From positions 23,146-87,145 of the forward strand of contig JBGTHZ010000042.1 of the NCBI GenBank assembly GCA_041745915.1: a stretch of 64,000 nt of DNA, in the 5' to 3' direction. The notes beneath the pieces were generated by a model. That model searched no databases and was not told where the DNA came from. It worked only from the letters and a program-made list of their open reading frames with translations. The position numbers and the translations under genes were made by a program. Positions 34,144-42,048 of the stretch are shown in pieces (within the stretch, counting starts at the first letter, position 1; every line of letters starts with the position of its first letter). This DNA comes from Pyrinomonadaceae bacterium (lineage in GTDB: Bacteria > Acidobacteriota > Blastocatellia > Pyrinomonadales > Pyrinomonadaceae).

Positions 34144-35001
34144 ATGGCCGGAACGCTCTACGTGGTCTCCACCCCAATCGGCAATCTTGAAGACTTGACG
34201 TATCGCGCCGTGCGAGTGTTGAGTGAAGTCGATATCGTCGCGTGCGAAGATACCCGCCATACACAAAAACTCCTGAACCACTACGGCATAAAAACAAAGA
34301 CCGTGAGCTATCACGAACACAATGAGCGCGATCGCGCCGGGGAGCTGTTGACGTCGCTGCAATCGGACCTGGATGTGGCGATTGTCTCTGATGCAGGTAC
34401 GCCCGGTATCAGTGATCCGGGCTTCCGGGTGGTCCGAATGGCCCTCGAAGCGGGCATGAGAGTCGTGCCTGTACCTGGACCTACAGCTCTGGTCTCGGCA
34501 TTGGTGGCTTCCGGCCTTCCCAGTGACGAATTCTTTTTCGCAGGTTTTCTTCCAGCGCGTTCCGGCGCCCGGCGGACCCGTCTTGCGGACCTGGCAGCAA
34601 TTCCATCGACCCTCATCTTTTACGAAGCTCCTCATCGCATCGTCGCGTCATTGGAAGATGCTCGCAAGATTTTGGGCGAACGCGAGGCTGTAGTCGCCCG
34701 GGAACTTACCAAGCTGCATGAGGAGGTTTTGCGTGGCCGTTTAAGCGAGCTGGTGGAGAAGTTCTCAAAAGCCGCACAGGAGCCGAGAGGCGAAATAGTA
34801 GTAGTGATTGATCGAAACGTTATTGCGAGCTCGGATAAGGAGACAAAATCAGAATTCAGCGTGGCGGCAGTAGTTGCAAGCTTTGAAGCGGAAGGTATTG
34901 ATGCGCGGTCCGCGTTAAAGAAATCCGCCAGGCAGCTCGGGATCTCCCGCGATGAAGCTTACCGTCGTCTGACCGCCGAGCGTTCCCGAGAAAAACTATA
35001 A
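34144..35001 (+). CDS. rsmI: 16S rRNA (cytidine1402-2'-O)-methyltransferase RsmI
   Basis: The MAGTLYVVSTPIGNLEDLTYRAVRVL start is typical of RsmI. Start chosen at ATG 34144. Confidence 0.9.
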   Translation: MAGTLYVVSTPIGNLEDLTYRAVRVLSEVDIVACEDTRHTQKLLNHYGIKTKTVSYHEHNERDRAGELLTSLQSDLDVAIVSDAGTPGISDPGFRVVRMALEAGMRVVPVPGPTALVSALVASGLPSDEFFFAGFLPARSGARRTRLADLAAIPSTLIFYEAPHRIVASLEDARKILGEREAVVARELTKLHEEVLRGRLSELVEKFSKAAQEPRGEIVVVIDRNVIASSDKETKSEFSVAAVVASFEAEGIDARSALKKSARQLGISRDEAYRRLTAERSREKL

Positions 35002-35041
35002 TTCATCCACAGATTACGCCGATTACACGAATAATAAGATA

Positions 35042-35170
35042 GGACTTTGGGTCTTGGTCTTTGTGCTTTGATCTTTGTGCTTTGAACTTGGATCGATGGA
35101 AACACAAACAAAGTACAAAGAACTAAGTTCAAAGTTCAGGGACCAAATCCAAAGTCCAAAGACCCAAGTC
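35042..35170. repeat. 129-bp word-built imperfect palindrome (CTTTGG/CTTTGT words) between convergent genes
   Basis: ggactttgggtcttggtctttgtgctttgatctttgtgctttgaac ... pairs with ...caaagtacaaagaac...ccaaagtccaaagacccaagtcc. Confidence 0.8.
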
Positions 35171-35186
35171 CTCCTCTTGGGGCGTC

Positions 35187-36860
35187 TCAATTCCCTCTTG
35201 TCAACTCGGCGGGCAACTGCTTATCAACTTTAGGCCGAGTTGGTCTGTTCGCAATCTCCAACATCGTCACGTAAACCGTACGGACAATCTTCTGCATTTT
35301 CTCGTAGTCGATCTTGTGCGGCTCGTCGCCCGGGCGATGATAGTCTTCGTGTTCGCCATCAAAGAAGAAAATGATGGGAATGCCCTTGCGTGCATAGTTG
35401 TAATGGTCACTGCGGAAGAAGAATCGGTTCGGATCTTTTGGATCGTCGTAGCGATAGTTATACGTCAAATTCAAATACTCCTTGTTTACTGCCTCGGTTA
35501 ACTCGCCCAGTTCTGTACTCATCATTTTTGAGCCAATCACATAAATCTCATTCGGTCCCGAGAGCGAGTTGTTGCGAGGATTGGTGTCGCCCTCTTTCTT
35601 GCTCCGGCCAATCATATCGATATTAATCTGGGCCACGATCTTCTGCAGCGGAATGGTCGGATATTCCGTGAAGTAGCGTGATCCCCAGAGTCCTTTCTCT
35701 TCCCCGGCGTGCCAGTTAAAAAGCACCGAGCGTTTCGGTCGGGTTGGCGCTTTTGCCAGCGCCTCGGCTATTGCAAGCAACGCGGTCGTTCCTGAGCCAT
35801 CATCGTCGGCGCCGTTGTAAATAGTGTCTCCGTTAACCGGCGCGCCAATGCCGACGTGGTCATAATGCGCACCGAGGGCGACGTACTCGTCCTTGAGCAC
35901 GGGGTCGCTGCCTTCAAACACTGCCAAAACATTTTGCGTCGCTATCGGGTTCCCCTTGTTGCTAATGGTGATGCTCATCTTCTTGGCGGGACTAAGTTCA
36001 AAGGGTGCTGGCATCTCTCCACCAAAGGTCGCTTCGAACAGCGCCGTGGCACTCTTTTGCTCTCCCTGGAACAAGAGATTAGCGATCCGGGGTGTTACTA
36101 CTATTGCCGGCAACCGCGACTTCTCTGCTGGTTGAAATTTCTCAACCACCGTCGCGGGCCGCTCTGTAAGTCGCTGACGGTTGCGCTCCCAGTTAGCCAT
36201 AAACTGAAAATCCGGAACTATCACAGTGGCAACCGCGCCCTGCTTGCGTGCGTATTGGCCCGGATCCATCCAATCTTCGCCTGGCTTGCCACTACTGAGG
36301 TCGGAGGAGCTGACGCCACGCGGCAGCTCGCTAAGCGAAGTGAAGATGACGGCAACCTTCCCCTTCGCGTCGATGCCTTTGTAGGCGTCAATGTTTTTTG
36401 ACTTTACGAACCATCCATTACCGGCAAAGACGAGTGGTCCGGTGACCTCCCCATCGACCGGCAGCGCAATGTAATCCTCACCAAACGCCAGGTTCTGGTC
36501 GTTGAGCCGCACTCGAGTCTCTTCCTTGTTAATCTGGTTGCGTCGCAAGGCGATCTTCTGAAAGTAGGTTCCGTCGTCGCCCGCGGGTTTAAGTCCCCAG
36601 AGCGCGAGGTTCATCGCCAGAAACTTTGCCGTTAAGTCGAGGCCGCGTGAAGGAGTGTCACGCCCTTCCATTTCATCGGAGGCAATGAAGGTCAGATAGT
36701 CGCGTATCTGGGCAGATGTGATCTGCTCTGCTCCTTTTTGTGCGGCCACCGTGGCCGCCGCCGGTTTCTTCGCTTTAACGCTTTGGCGCTGGGCCTGAAC
36801 GACGGGAAACGGCAGTATTAAGACGCTGGTAAGTAACAGGGATATCAAGAATCTTCGCAT
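35187..36860 (-). CDS. M28 family metallopeptidase with PA domain, exported
   Basis: LGAHYDHVG, NGADDDGSGTTALL and WHAGEEKGLWGSRYF motifs, plus signal-like MRRFLISLLLTSVLILPFPVVQA. The 36893 TTG extension lies in repeat E1. Confidence 0.85.
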   Translation of the reverse strand: MRRFLISLLLTSVLILPFPVVQAQRQSVKAKKPAAATVAAQKGAEQITSAQIRDYLTFIASDEMEGRDTPSRGLDLTAKFLAMNLALWGLKPAGDDGTYFQKIALRRNQINKEETRVRLNDQNLAFGEDYIALPVDGEVTGPLVFAGNGWFVKSKNIDAYKGIDAKGKVAVIFTSLSELPRGVSSSDLSSGKPGEDWMDPGQYARKQGAVATVIVPDFQFMANWERNRQRLTERPATVVEKFQPAEKSRLPAIVVTPRIANLLFQGEQKSATALFEATFGGEMPAPFELSPAKKMSITISNKGNPIATQNVLAVFEGSDPVLKDEYVALGAHYDHVGIGAPVNGDTIYNGADDDGSGTTALLAIAEALAKAPTRPKRSVLFNWHAGEEKGLWGSRYFTEYPTIPLQKIVAQINIDMIGRSKKEGDTNPRNNSLSGPNEIYVIGSKMMSTELGELTEAVNKEYLNLTYNYRYDDPKDPNRFFFRSDHYNYARKGIPIIFFFDGEHEDYHRPGDEPHKIDYEKMQKIVRTVYVTMLEIANRPTRPKVDKQLPAELTRGN

Positions 36861-36880
36861 GCTCTCTCCAGTCTCAAGTA

Positions 36881-36944
36881 GTTTAGAGTTCAAGCTTTAG
36901 CTTGTCGGTATCGCAAACCGTAACCTAAGAGTTGAATTCTAAAC
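36881..36944. repeat. Family E hairpin, degenerate copy
   Basis: gtttagagttcaagctttagcttg pairs imperfectly with taacctaagagttgaattctaaac. Related copies lie at 46993 and 54849. Confidence 0.65.
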
Positions 36945-37010
36945 TTCGACAAGATAACCATTAGGGTAGATGGGAGGTTGATGTAGTACGTGGCAGCGCA
37001 GCAAAAGTAT

Positions 37011-38387
37011 TTAGGCCTGTTGCACTGCCTGAATCAGTCGGGTCAAAGTATCTTTGGCGTCGCCGTAGAGCATGCCAGTCACCTCTTTGAAGAAGAGAGG
37101 GTTCTCAAGTCCTGAGAAGCCTTTGCCCTGGCCGCGTTTCAACACTACTACAGATTTTGATCGATCGACTTCCAGGATGGGCATCCCCGCAATGGGGCTC
37201 GCCGAATTATCACGCGCGTCCGGATTAACCACGTCGTTTGCGCCAATCACCACCGCCACATCAGTGGTTGGAAACTCCGGATTGATCTGCTCCAACTCGT
37301 AAAGCGACGAATAAGGCACATTCGCCTCCGCAAGCAAAACGTTCATGTGACCCGGCATTCGACCGGCAACCGGATGAATTCCATATTTGACGGTGACGCC
37401 TCTCTTTTCCAGCGTGTTCGCGAGTTCGCGCACAGCGTGTTGGGCTTGTGCAGTGGCCATGCCGTAACCAGGAACGAAGACTACTTGCCGCGCATAAGCT
37501 AATTGAGTCGCGATGTCCTCCAAACTAACTTCACGCATGACGCCTTCGTGGGCGCCGCCTGCTGCAGCCGTTTCCGCACTGCCAAAGGCGCCGAAGAGCA
37601 CGTTGGTGATCGAGCGGTTCATCGCCCGGCACATCAGCACAGAGAGGATGAACCCGGAGAACCCGTCCAGTGTGCCGGCGATAATCAGAACCTTGTTATT
37701 GAGTACGAACCCGGTGGCGGCCGAAGCCAACCCGGCATAGGAATTTAATAGCGACATCACCACCGGCATGTCGGCGGATCCGATAGGCATCACAAGCAGA
37801 AATCCAAACACCAGCGCCAGCCCCGCCATTACAAAGAAGAGCGGAAGCGATCCTGGAAATAGGATGAGATATATAAAGATTCCAACTGTCGTTGCGAGCA
37901 GCGCCAGGTTGAAAATGTTCTGCCCCTTGAAGGTCAGGGGAGTGCCGCGCACCAAACCCTGCAGCTTCACAAACGCCAGCAGGCTTCCCGTCGTTGTCAA
38001 CCCACCCAGCATCACCTCAAATCCCAGCGCGCTCATCGTGATCTTGTCGATATGTCCGCCATGCCGGTAATACTCTGAGACACCCACAAGCGCAGCCGCG
38101 AAGGCGCCAAAGGCATGGGAAAGCGCGGTCCTTTGCGGCATAGCCGTCATGGGAACCCAGAAACCCATCGCCAGCCCGATTAGCGAACCGACCGCCAGTC
38201 CTGACAGGATCCAGGTGTAGGTGATGATCTCGTGATGCATCAGCGTGCCGATGATGGCCATCAGCATGCCGAATTCGGCCAGGTGCATCCCGCGCTTGGC
38301 TGTTTCGGGATGACTAAGACCTTTGAGTCCCAGGATGAAAAGCACTGAGGCCAGCAGATAACTTAGTTCGATGAAATAGGTTTGCAT
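37011..38387 (-). CDS. pntB: NAD(P) transhydrogenase subunit beta
   Basis: 458 aa with an N-terminal polytopic membrane domain and a C-terminal NADP(H)-binding domain (GYGMA..AQH, PVAGRMPGHMNVLLAEA). Confidence 0.95.
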   Translation of the reverse strand: MQTYFIELSYLLASVLFILGLKGLSHPETAKRGMHLAEFGMLMAIIGTLMHHEIITYTWILSGLAVGSLIGLAMGFWVPMTAMPQRTALSHAFGAFAAALVGVSEYYRHGGHIDKITMSALGFEVMLGGLTTTGSLLAFVKLQGLVRGTPLTFKGQNIFNLALLATTVGIFIYLILFPGSLPLFFVMAGLALVFGFLLVMPIGSADMPVVMSLLNSYAGLASAATGFVLNNKVLIIAGTLDGFSGFILSVLMCRAMNRSITNVLFGAFGSAETAAAGGAHEGVMREVSLEDIATQLAYARQVVFVPGYGMATAQAQHAVRELANTLEKRGVTVKYGIHPVAGRMPGHMNVLLAEANVPYSSLYELEQINPEFPTTDVAVVIGANDVVNPDARDNSASPIAGMPILEVDRSKSVVVLKRGQGKGFSGLENPLFFKEVTGMLYGDAKDTLTRLIQAVQQA

Positions 38388-38397
38388 CCCTACAGAG

Positions 38398-38500
38398 CTG
38401 TTCTTTGTACTTCGTGCTTTGTACTTTGTTCTAGTTTTTGGGTTTGAGTTTTGCTCTAAACTTCTGATCTATCCGCGTGTATCCGCGCAAATCCGCGGCC
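38398..38500. repeat. Unpaired half elements: CTTTGTA words followed by ATCCGCG words (10-nt period)
   Basis: gttctttgtacttcgtgctttgtactttgttc, then atccgcgtgtatccgcgcaaatccgcggcc. The latter resembles the right arm of the 48962-49073 palindrome. Confidence 0.6.
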
Positions 38501-38502
38501 GA

Positions 38503-38808
38503 TTACTCTTCCTTCTTCGGCGATGGCTTTCGCTTGAACATTCGCAACATCCGATCCGTGATCACGAATCCACCCACCACATTTGTGGTCGAGCACACGA
38601 CAGCAGTAAAACCCAGGATGGTACTCACAGTGTTGTAGTCTGAGCCGGCGGTGACGATGGAACCAACCAGCGAGATGCCAGAGATCGCGTTGGTGGCAGA
38701 CATCAATGGCGTGTGCAATAGCGGGGGCACACGCGAGATAACCAAATAACCCAAAAAGGCGGCGAGGGCGAACACGTAAAGCGCTGTGATTAGTGTATCT
38801 GGTGACAT
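38503..38808 (-). CDS. pntAB: NAD(P) transhydrogenase subunit alpha part 2 (membrane)
   Basis: 101 aa with three hydrophobic helices, located between pntAA and pntB. Confidence 0.9.
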   Translation of the reverse strand: MSPDTLITALYVFALAAFLGYLVISRVPPLLHTPLMSATNAISGISLVGSIVTAGSDYNTVSTILGFTAVVCSTTNVVGGFVITDRMLRMFKRKPSPKKEE

Positions 38809-38858
38809 CTGTTACTCCTGATCTACTCTCTGTTACGATTTGCTTATTGCAAGTATCT

Positions 38859-40004
38859 TCACTTACCAACGGCTGCATCCAGCATCGCTGCCACTCGGCT
38901 GTTCACAATCCTGCCTTGATGGGTCACGCATGATGGTCCAACAACGTCGTCGTTCATATCGATGCCAAGTTCGCCGTCCTTGATTATTAAAGACAGAAAG
39001 GCAGTCACGTTGCGCGAATACAACTGGCTGGCATGGACGGGCACGGTTGCCGCAAGATTTAACGGCGCCATGATAGTTACACCTGCGCGCTCGACGGTTT
39101 GGTCCGGCTTGCTGATGGCGCAGTTTCCTCCAGTCGAACCGGCCAGATCTATGACGATCGCGCCGCGTTTCATACCGTTGACTGCAGCCTCAGTCAGCAA
39201 CAAGGGCGCACGCCTACCCGGCACCTGTGCGGTGGTGATCACCACATCTGCCGTCTTCGCGTGCTCAGCAATGAGAGCCCGGCCGCGTTCCATTGCTTCC
39301 TCACTCAACTCAACCGCATAACCTCCCGCGTCTTCGGTCTTGAGGCCACCAAGATCCACTTCCAGGAAGTTTGCGCCCAGCGATCGCACCTGTTCACCAG
39401 CTGCTGCGCGCACATCATAAGCTTCAACCACGGCGCCCAGTCGCCGTGCGGTGGCGATGGCCTGTAGGCCAGCCACCCCCGCGCCGAGCACCAGGACCCG
39501 CGCCGGAGGCACTGTCCCGGCAGCCGTCATCAACAGCGGAAACATTCGCGGGATATGCGACGCACCGAGCAGAACTGCCTTGTAACCAACTACCGTGGCC
39601 ATCGAAGAAAGGGCATCCATGGCCTGAGCGCGTGTTATGCGGGGAATTAGTTCGACCGCGAAAGTGGTCACGTGTTGGGCGACGGCGTGTGTGAGTGCGG
39701 CAGGTTCATCGAGAGGTCGCAGGAAGCCGAGAACTACGGCTCCCCGTGGCAATCGATGAATGTCCTGCTCCGAGGGTCTGTTGATAACCACCAGCAGGTC
39801 TGCGGAACCCAAAATAGAACTGCGATCCGGATTCACTTCCGCTCCAGCCTCGCGATAATCGTCGTCGGTGCGCGCTGCACCCAAACCAGCACCGCTTTCC
39901 ACGGTGACAGTCGCTTTCAAGGCCACCAGCTTGCGCACGGATTCAGGGACAAGCGCGACGCGAGCTTCGCCTGGCGAAGTTTCTCGCAACACAACTACAT
40001 TCAT
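38859..40004 (-). CDS. pntAA: NAD(P) transhydrogenase subunit alpha part 1 (AlaDH/PNT domain)
   Basis: 381 aa with Rossmann motif VLGAGVAGLQAIATA and operon context. Confidence 0.95.
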   Translation of the reverse strand: MNVVVLRETSPGEARVALVPESVRKLVALKATVTVESGAGLGAARTDDDYREAGAEVNPDRSSILGSADLLVVINRPSEQDIHRLPRGAVVLGFLRPLDEPAALTHAVAQHVTTFAVELIPRITRAQAMDALSSMATVVGYKAVLLGASHIPRMFPLLMTAAGTVPPARVLVLGAGVAGLQAIATARRLGAVVEAYDVRAAAGEQVRSLGANFLEVDLGGLKTEDAGGYAVELSEEAMERGRALIAEHAKTADVVITTAQVPGRRAPLLLTEAAVNGMKRGAIVIDLAGSTGGNCAISKPDQTVERAGVTIMAPLNLAATVPVHASQLYSRNVTAFLSLIIKDGELGIDMNDDVVGPSCVTHQGRIVNSRVAAMLDAAVGK

Positions 40005-40221
40005 CCTTCTCTCCGTCCGATTGATTGTGATTTAGTCCTAACTGAAAGAATGAGGCTCGGCAGGGTAAAGCTCTGAGTATGAAGCCATCCGAGGAGGTTC
40101 GGCATAGACCCTTCAGGACCAATCCACTTTTTGGAAAATTATTAACTAACACTCGCGGCGGCGATTAATCCTGTCAGGTTAAGGGACGGCACACGAGCAA
40201 CGAAAGTATAACATCAGCCCT

Positions 40222-40355
40222 GAATCATTTTCCATTTGTCATTTGTCATAATTTGTCATTTGTCATTCGTTTACTTCTAGTTCGTGTCCGTTCACGAAAT
40301 GAGATTCAGAAAATGGCCAAATGAAAAATGACAAATGGCGAATGACAAATGATTC
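40222..40355. repeat. Word-built palindrome (TTTGTCA words)
   Basis: gaatcattttccatttgtcatttgtcataatttgtcatttgtcattcg pairs with ...aaatgaaaaatgacaaatggcgaatgacaaatgattc. Confidence 0.85.
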
Positions 40356-40361
40356 GGGTTT

Positions 40362-40943
40362 TCACTCCTGCGTGAATAGTGGCGCTTCGTTCACTCGTTT
40401 ATCGAGGTAGCTCAACAGTCGCGCGGTATCGCCATCACTCATGTGGGTAATCGACGCCTGCACAAACCAGCTCCCCGTACCCTCTTCCGTTCCGACGCGT
40501 TCGTGTGTGACGATGGTGACTACCGCATCGATTGCTCCTTTGGGCAGAGTGATAGTTACGAATAATAGTCGGCCGGTTTGAGCGATCTCTTCTTCCTTGA
40601 ACCGCGAACCTATAAAAGTCAGCGCTATTCCCAATTTGCTAATCGTGATGCAGTGTCCCCTCGAGACTTTTGAGAATTTTAGCTTCCCGGTGACGGCATC
40701 TCTCTCAGCCAGACTTATAGCCGCAGGTAAGTGGGCCTTATATCGAGGCGCGCGGCGTCGGATAGGAAGGGATTCCTCCTTTTTGGCGGGTACCCTCTGC
40801 ACCTCGCCCGATAAATCAAAACCCCTGAATTCCAAGCCGCAATTATTACAAAGGAACTCATCCCCGCCAGCGAGAAGGGCAAGGATCGACCTCTCGTTGT
40901 AACCAAGCTGAATCCGTAAACTTTTACATCTTGGGCATTGCAT
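40362..40943 (-). CDS. PilZ domain protein with N-terminal CxxC...CxxC zinc ribbon
   Basis: MQCPRCKS...CNNCGLEF, then RRRAPRYKAHL (RxxxR) and ITISKLGIAL (xxSxxG). The start could also be 40964. Confidence 0.6.
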   Translation of the reverse strand: MQCPRCKSLRIQLGYNERSILALLAGGDEFLCNNCGLEFRGFDLSGEVQRVPAKKEESLPIRRRAPRYKAHLPAAISLAERDAVTGKLKFSKVSRGHCITISKLGIALTFIGSRFKEEEIAQTGRLLFVTITLPKGAIDAVVTIVTHERVGTEEGTGSWFVQASITHMSDGDTARLLSYLDKRVNEAPLFTQE

Positions 40944-41115
40944 CGCTGGTAGCCATCTTATCAATTTTCGCTTTCAAAAGCGGTGCACCCTCAGAAGTGC
41001 TTAGTTGACGCTCCTCCGCAGTCGTGCGCATTTCGGCCGCAACCCTGGCGTGGCACTTCGAAAAAACCTCACTTGCTAACCCTGGAGCAGCGCCCCTATA
41101 ATCCAGATACATCAG

Positions 41116-41192
41116 GGCGCATTGGTGTAGTTGGTTAACACGCTGCCCTCTCAAGGCAGAGATCACGGGTTCGAGTCCCGTATGCGCTACCA
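41116..41192 (+). tRNA. tRNA-Glu (anticodon CUC), CCA encoded
   Basis: Manual cloverleaf. Acceptor GGCGCAT/ATGCGCT, D stem GTGT/ACAC, anticodon stem CTGCC/GGCAG with loop CTCTCAA, T stem ACGGG/CCCGT with loop TTCGAGT, discriminator A, CCA. Confidence 0.85.
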
Positions 41193-41916
41193 CATTCTTT
41201 CCATAGGGTTACAGATGCTCAGCGACAGTCCGGGGCCACGCCAGCTAGCTCCGTCTGAGCATTACTGACGGCACCTCAAACACGTTCCTGGCCTCAGAGG
41301 TGCCGCCACAGCTCTCAGCCGTGCAGTCTCCGATCCAGTTAGCTGGATTTGGTGACGGCAGCGTACGCACAATCAGGTTCTTTTCTGACCTCCACTCAGT
41401 GGATCCCACGAATCCAAACAACCAGGGATGGTTTGAACCCTGGAGCTTTATTGATCAGGACGGTAATCAGATTAGCGGAATACTGATCGGCCTCTTGCTG
41501 CCGGCGGTTCAGAACAGCAGCGGCCGAGGCTGCAGGCTGTCATGATTGGTCAGGAAGGCATAGGTTCGGGTGCTCCTTCCCCAGGCGCTGGACGGGGGAC
41601 CATCGATTTCGTCAGCGCCGGACCTGGCGCCGGACCTCATATCTTCAGTGCCAACTTCCGGCTCGAGCCGTTCATCGTGCCGCGGCGTTGAAGATGGCAG
41701 GCGCGACTGTTGGGGGCACGGTACCACCGTGCCCCTAAAGGCGCCGAGCTACTGACAAGTCCGACCTCGCACCTGCTCTCACAACACCTCGTGCTCTTTC
41801 ACCACCCAAGTCGTTCGCCAACGAACAACACGAAATAGATAGGCCTGATCTACATTTCCGCGCCAACCAGTCTGGGCCAATGAAGAGGAACCAAATGTGC
41901 CTTTCTTTGTTTCAGA

Positions 41917-41951
41917 ATCCGCGTTTATCCGCGAAAATGCTGCGGCTAAAA
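41917..41951. repeat. ATCCGCG-word half element
   Basis: atccgcgtttatccgcgaaaatgctgcggctaaaa closely matches 49041-49075 (atccgcgttcatccgcgcagatccgcagctaaaat). Confidence 0.7.
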
Positions 41952-42048
41952 CATTTCCCGGACAGTTCCAGGGTATCGGCTTCTCTTGGACTTTCCAGCA
42001 GCCTGTAATAAAGTCGCGCGCACACTTTCATCCATCGCGAAAGGGCCT

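Noticed and set aside
38456-38878. A 140-aa minus-strand ORF overlapping pntAB in another frame.
   Set aside because: The 101-aa frame gives the expected three-helix PntA membrane subunit. The alternative frame is Arg/His/Cys-rich and runs into the repeat region.
40924-41193. An 89-aa minus-strand ORF.
   Set aside because: It covers the tRNA-Glu gene on the opposite strand. The cloverleaf is a far better explanation of this sequence.
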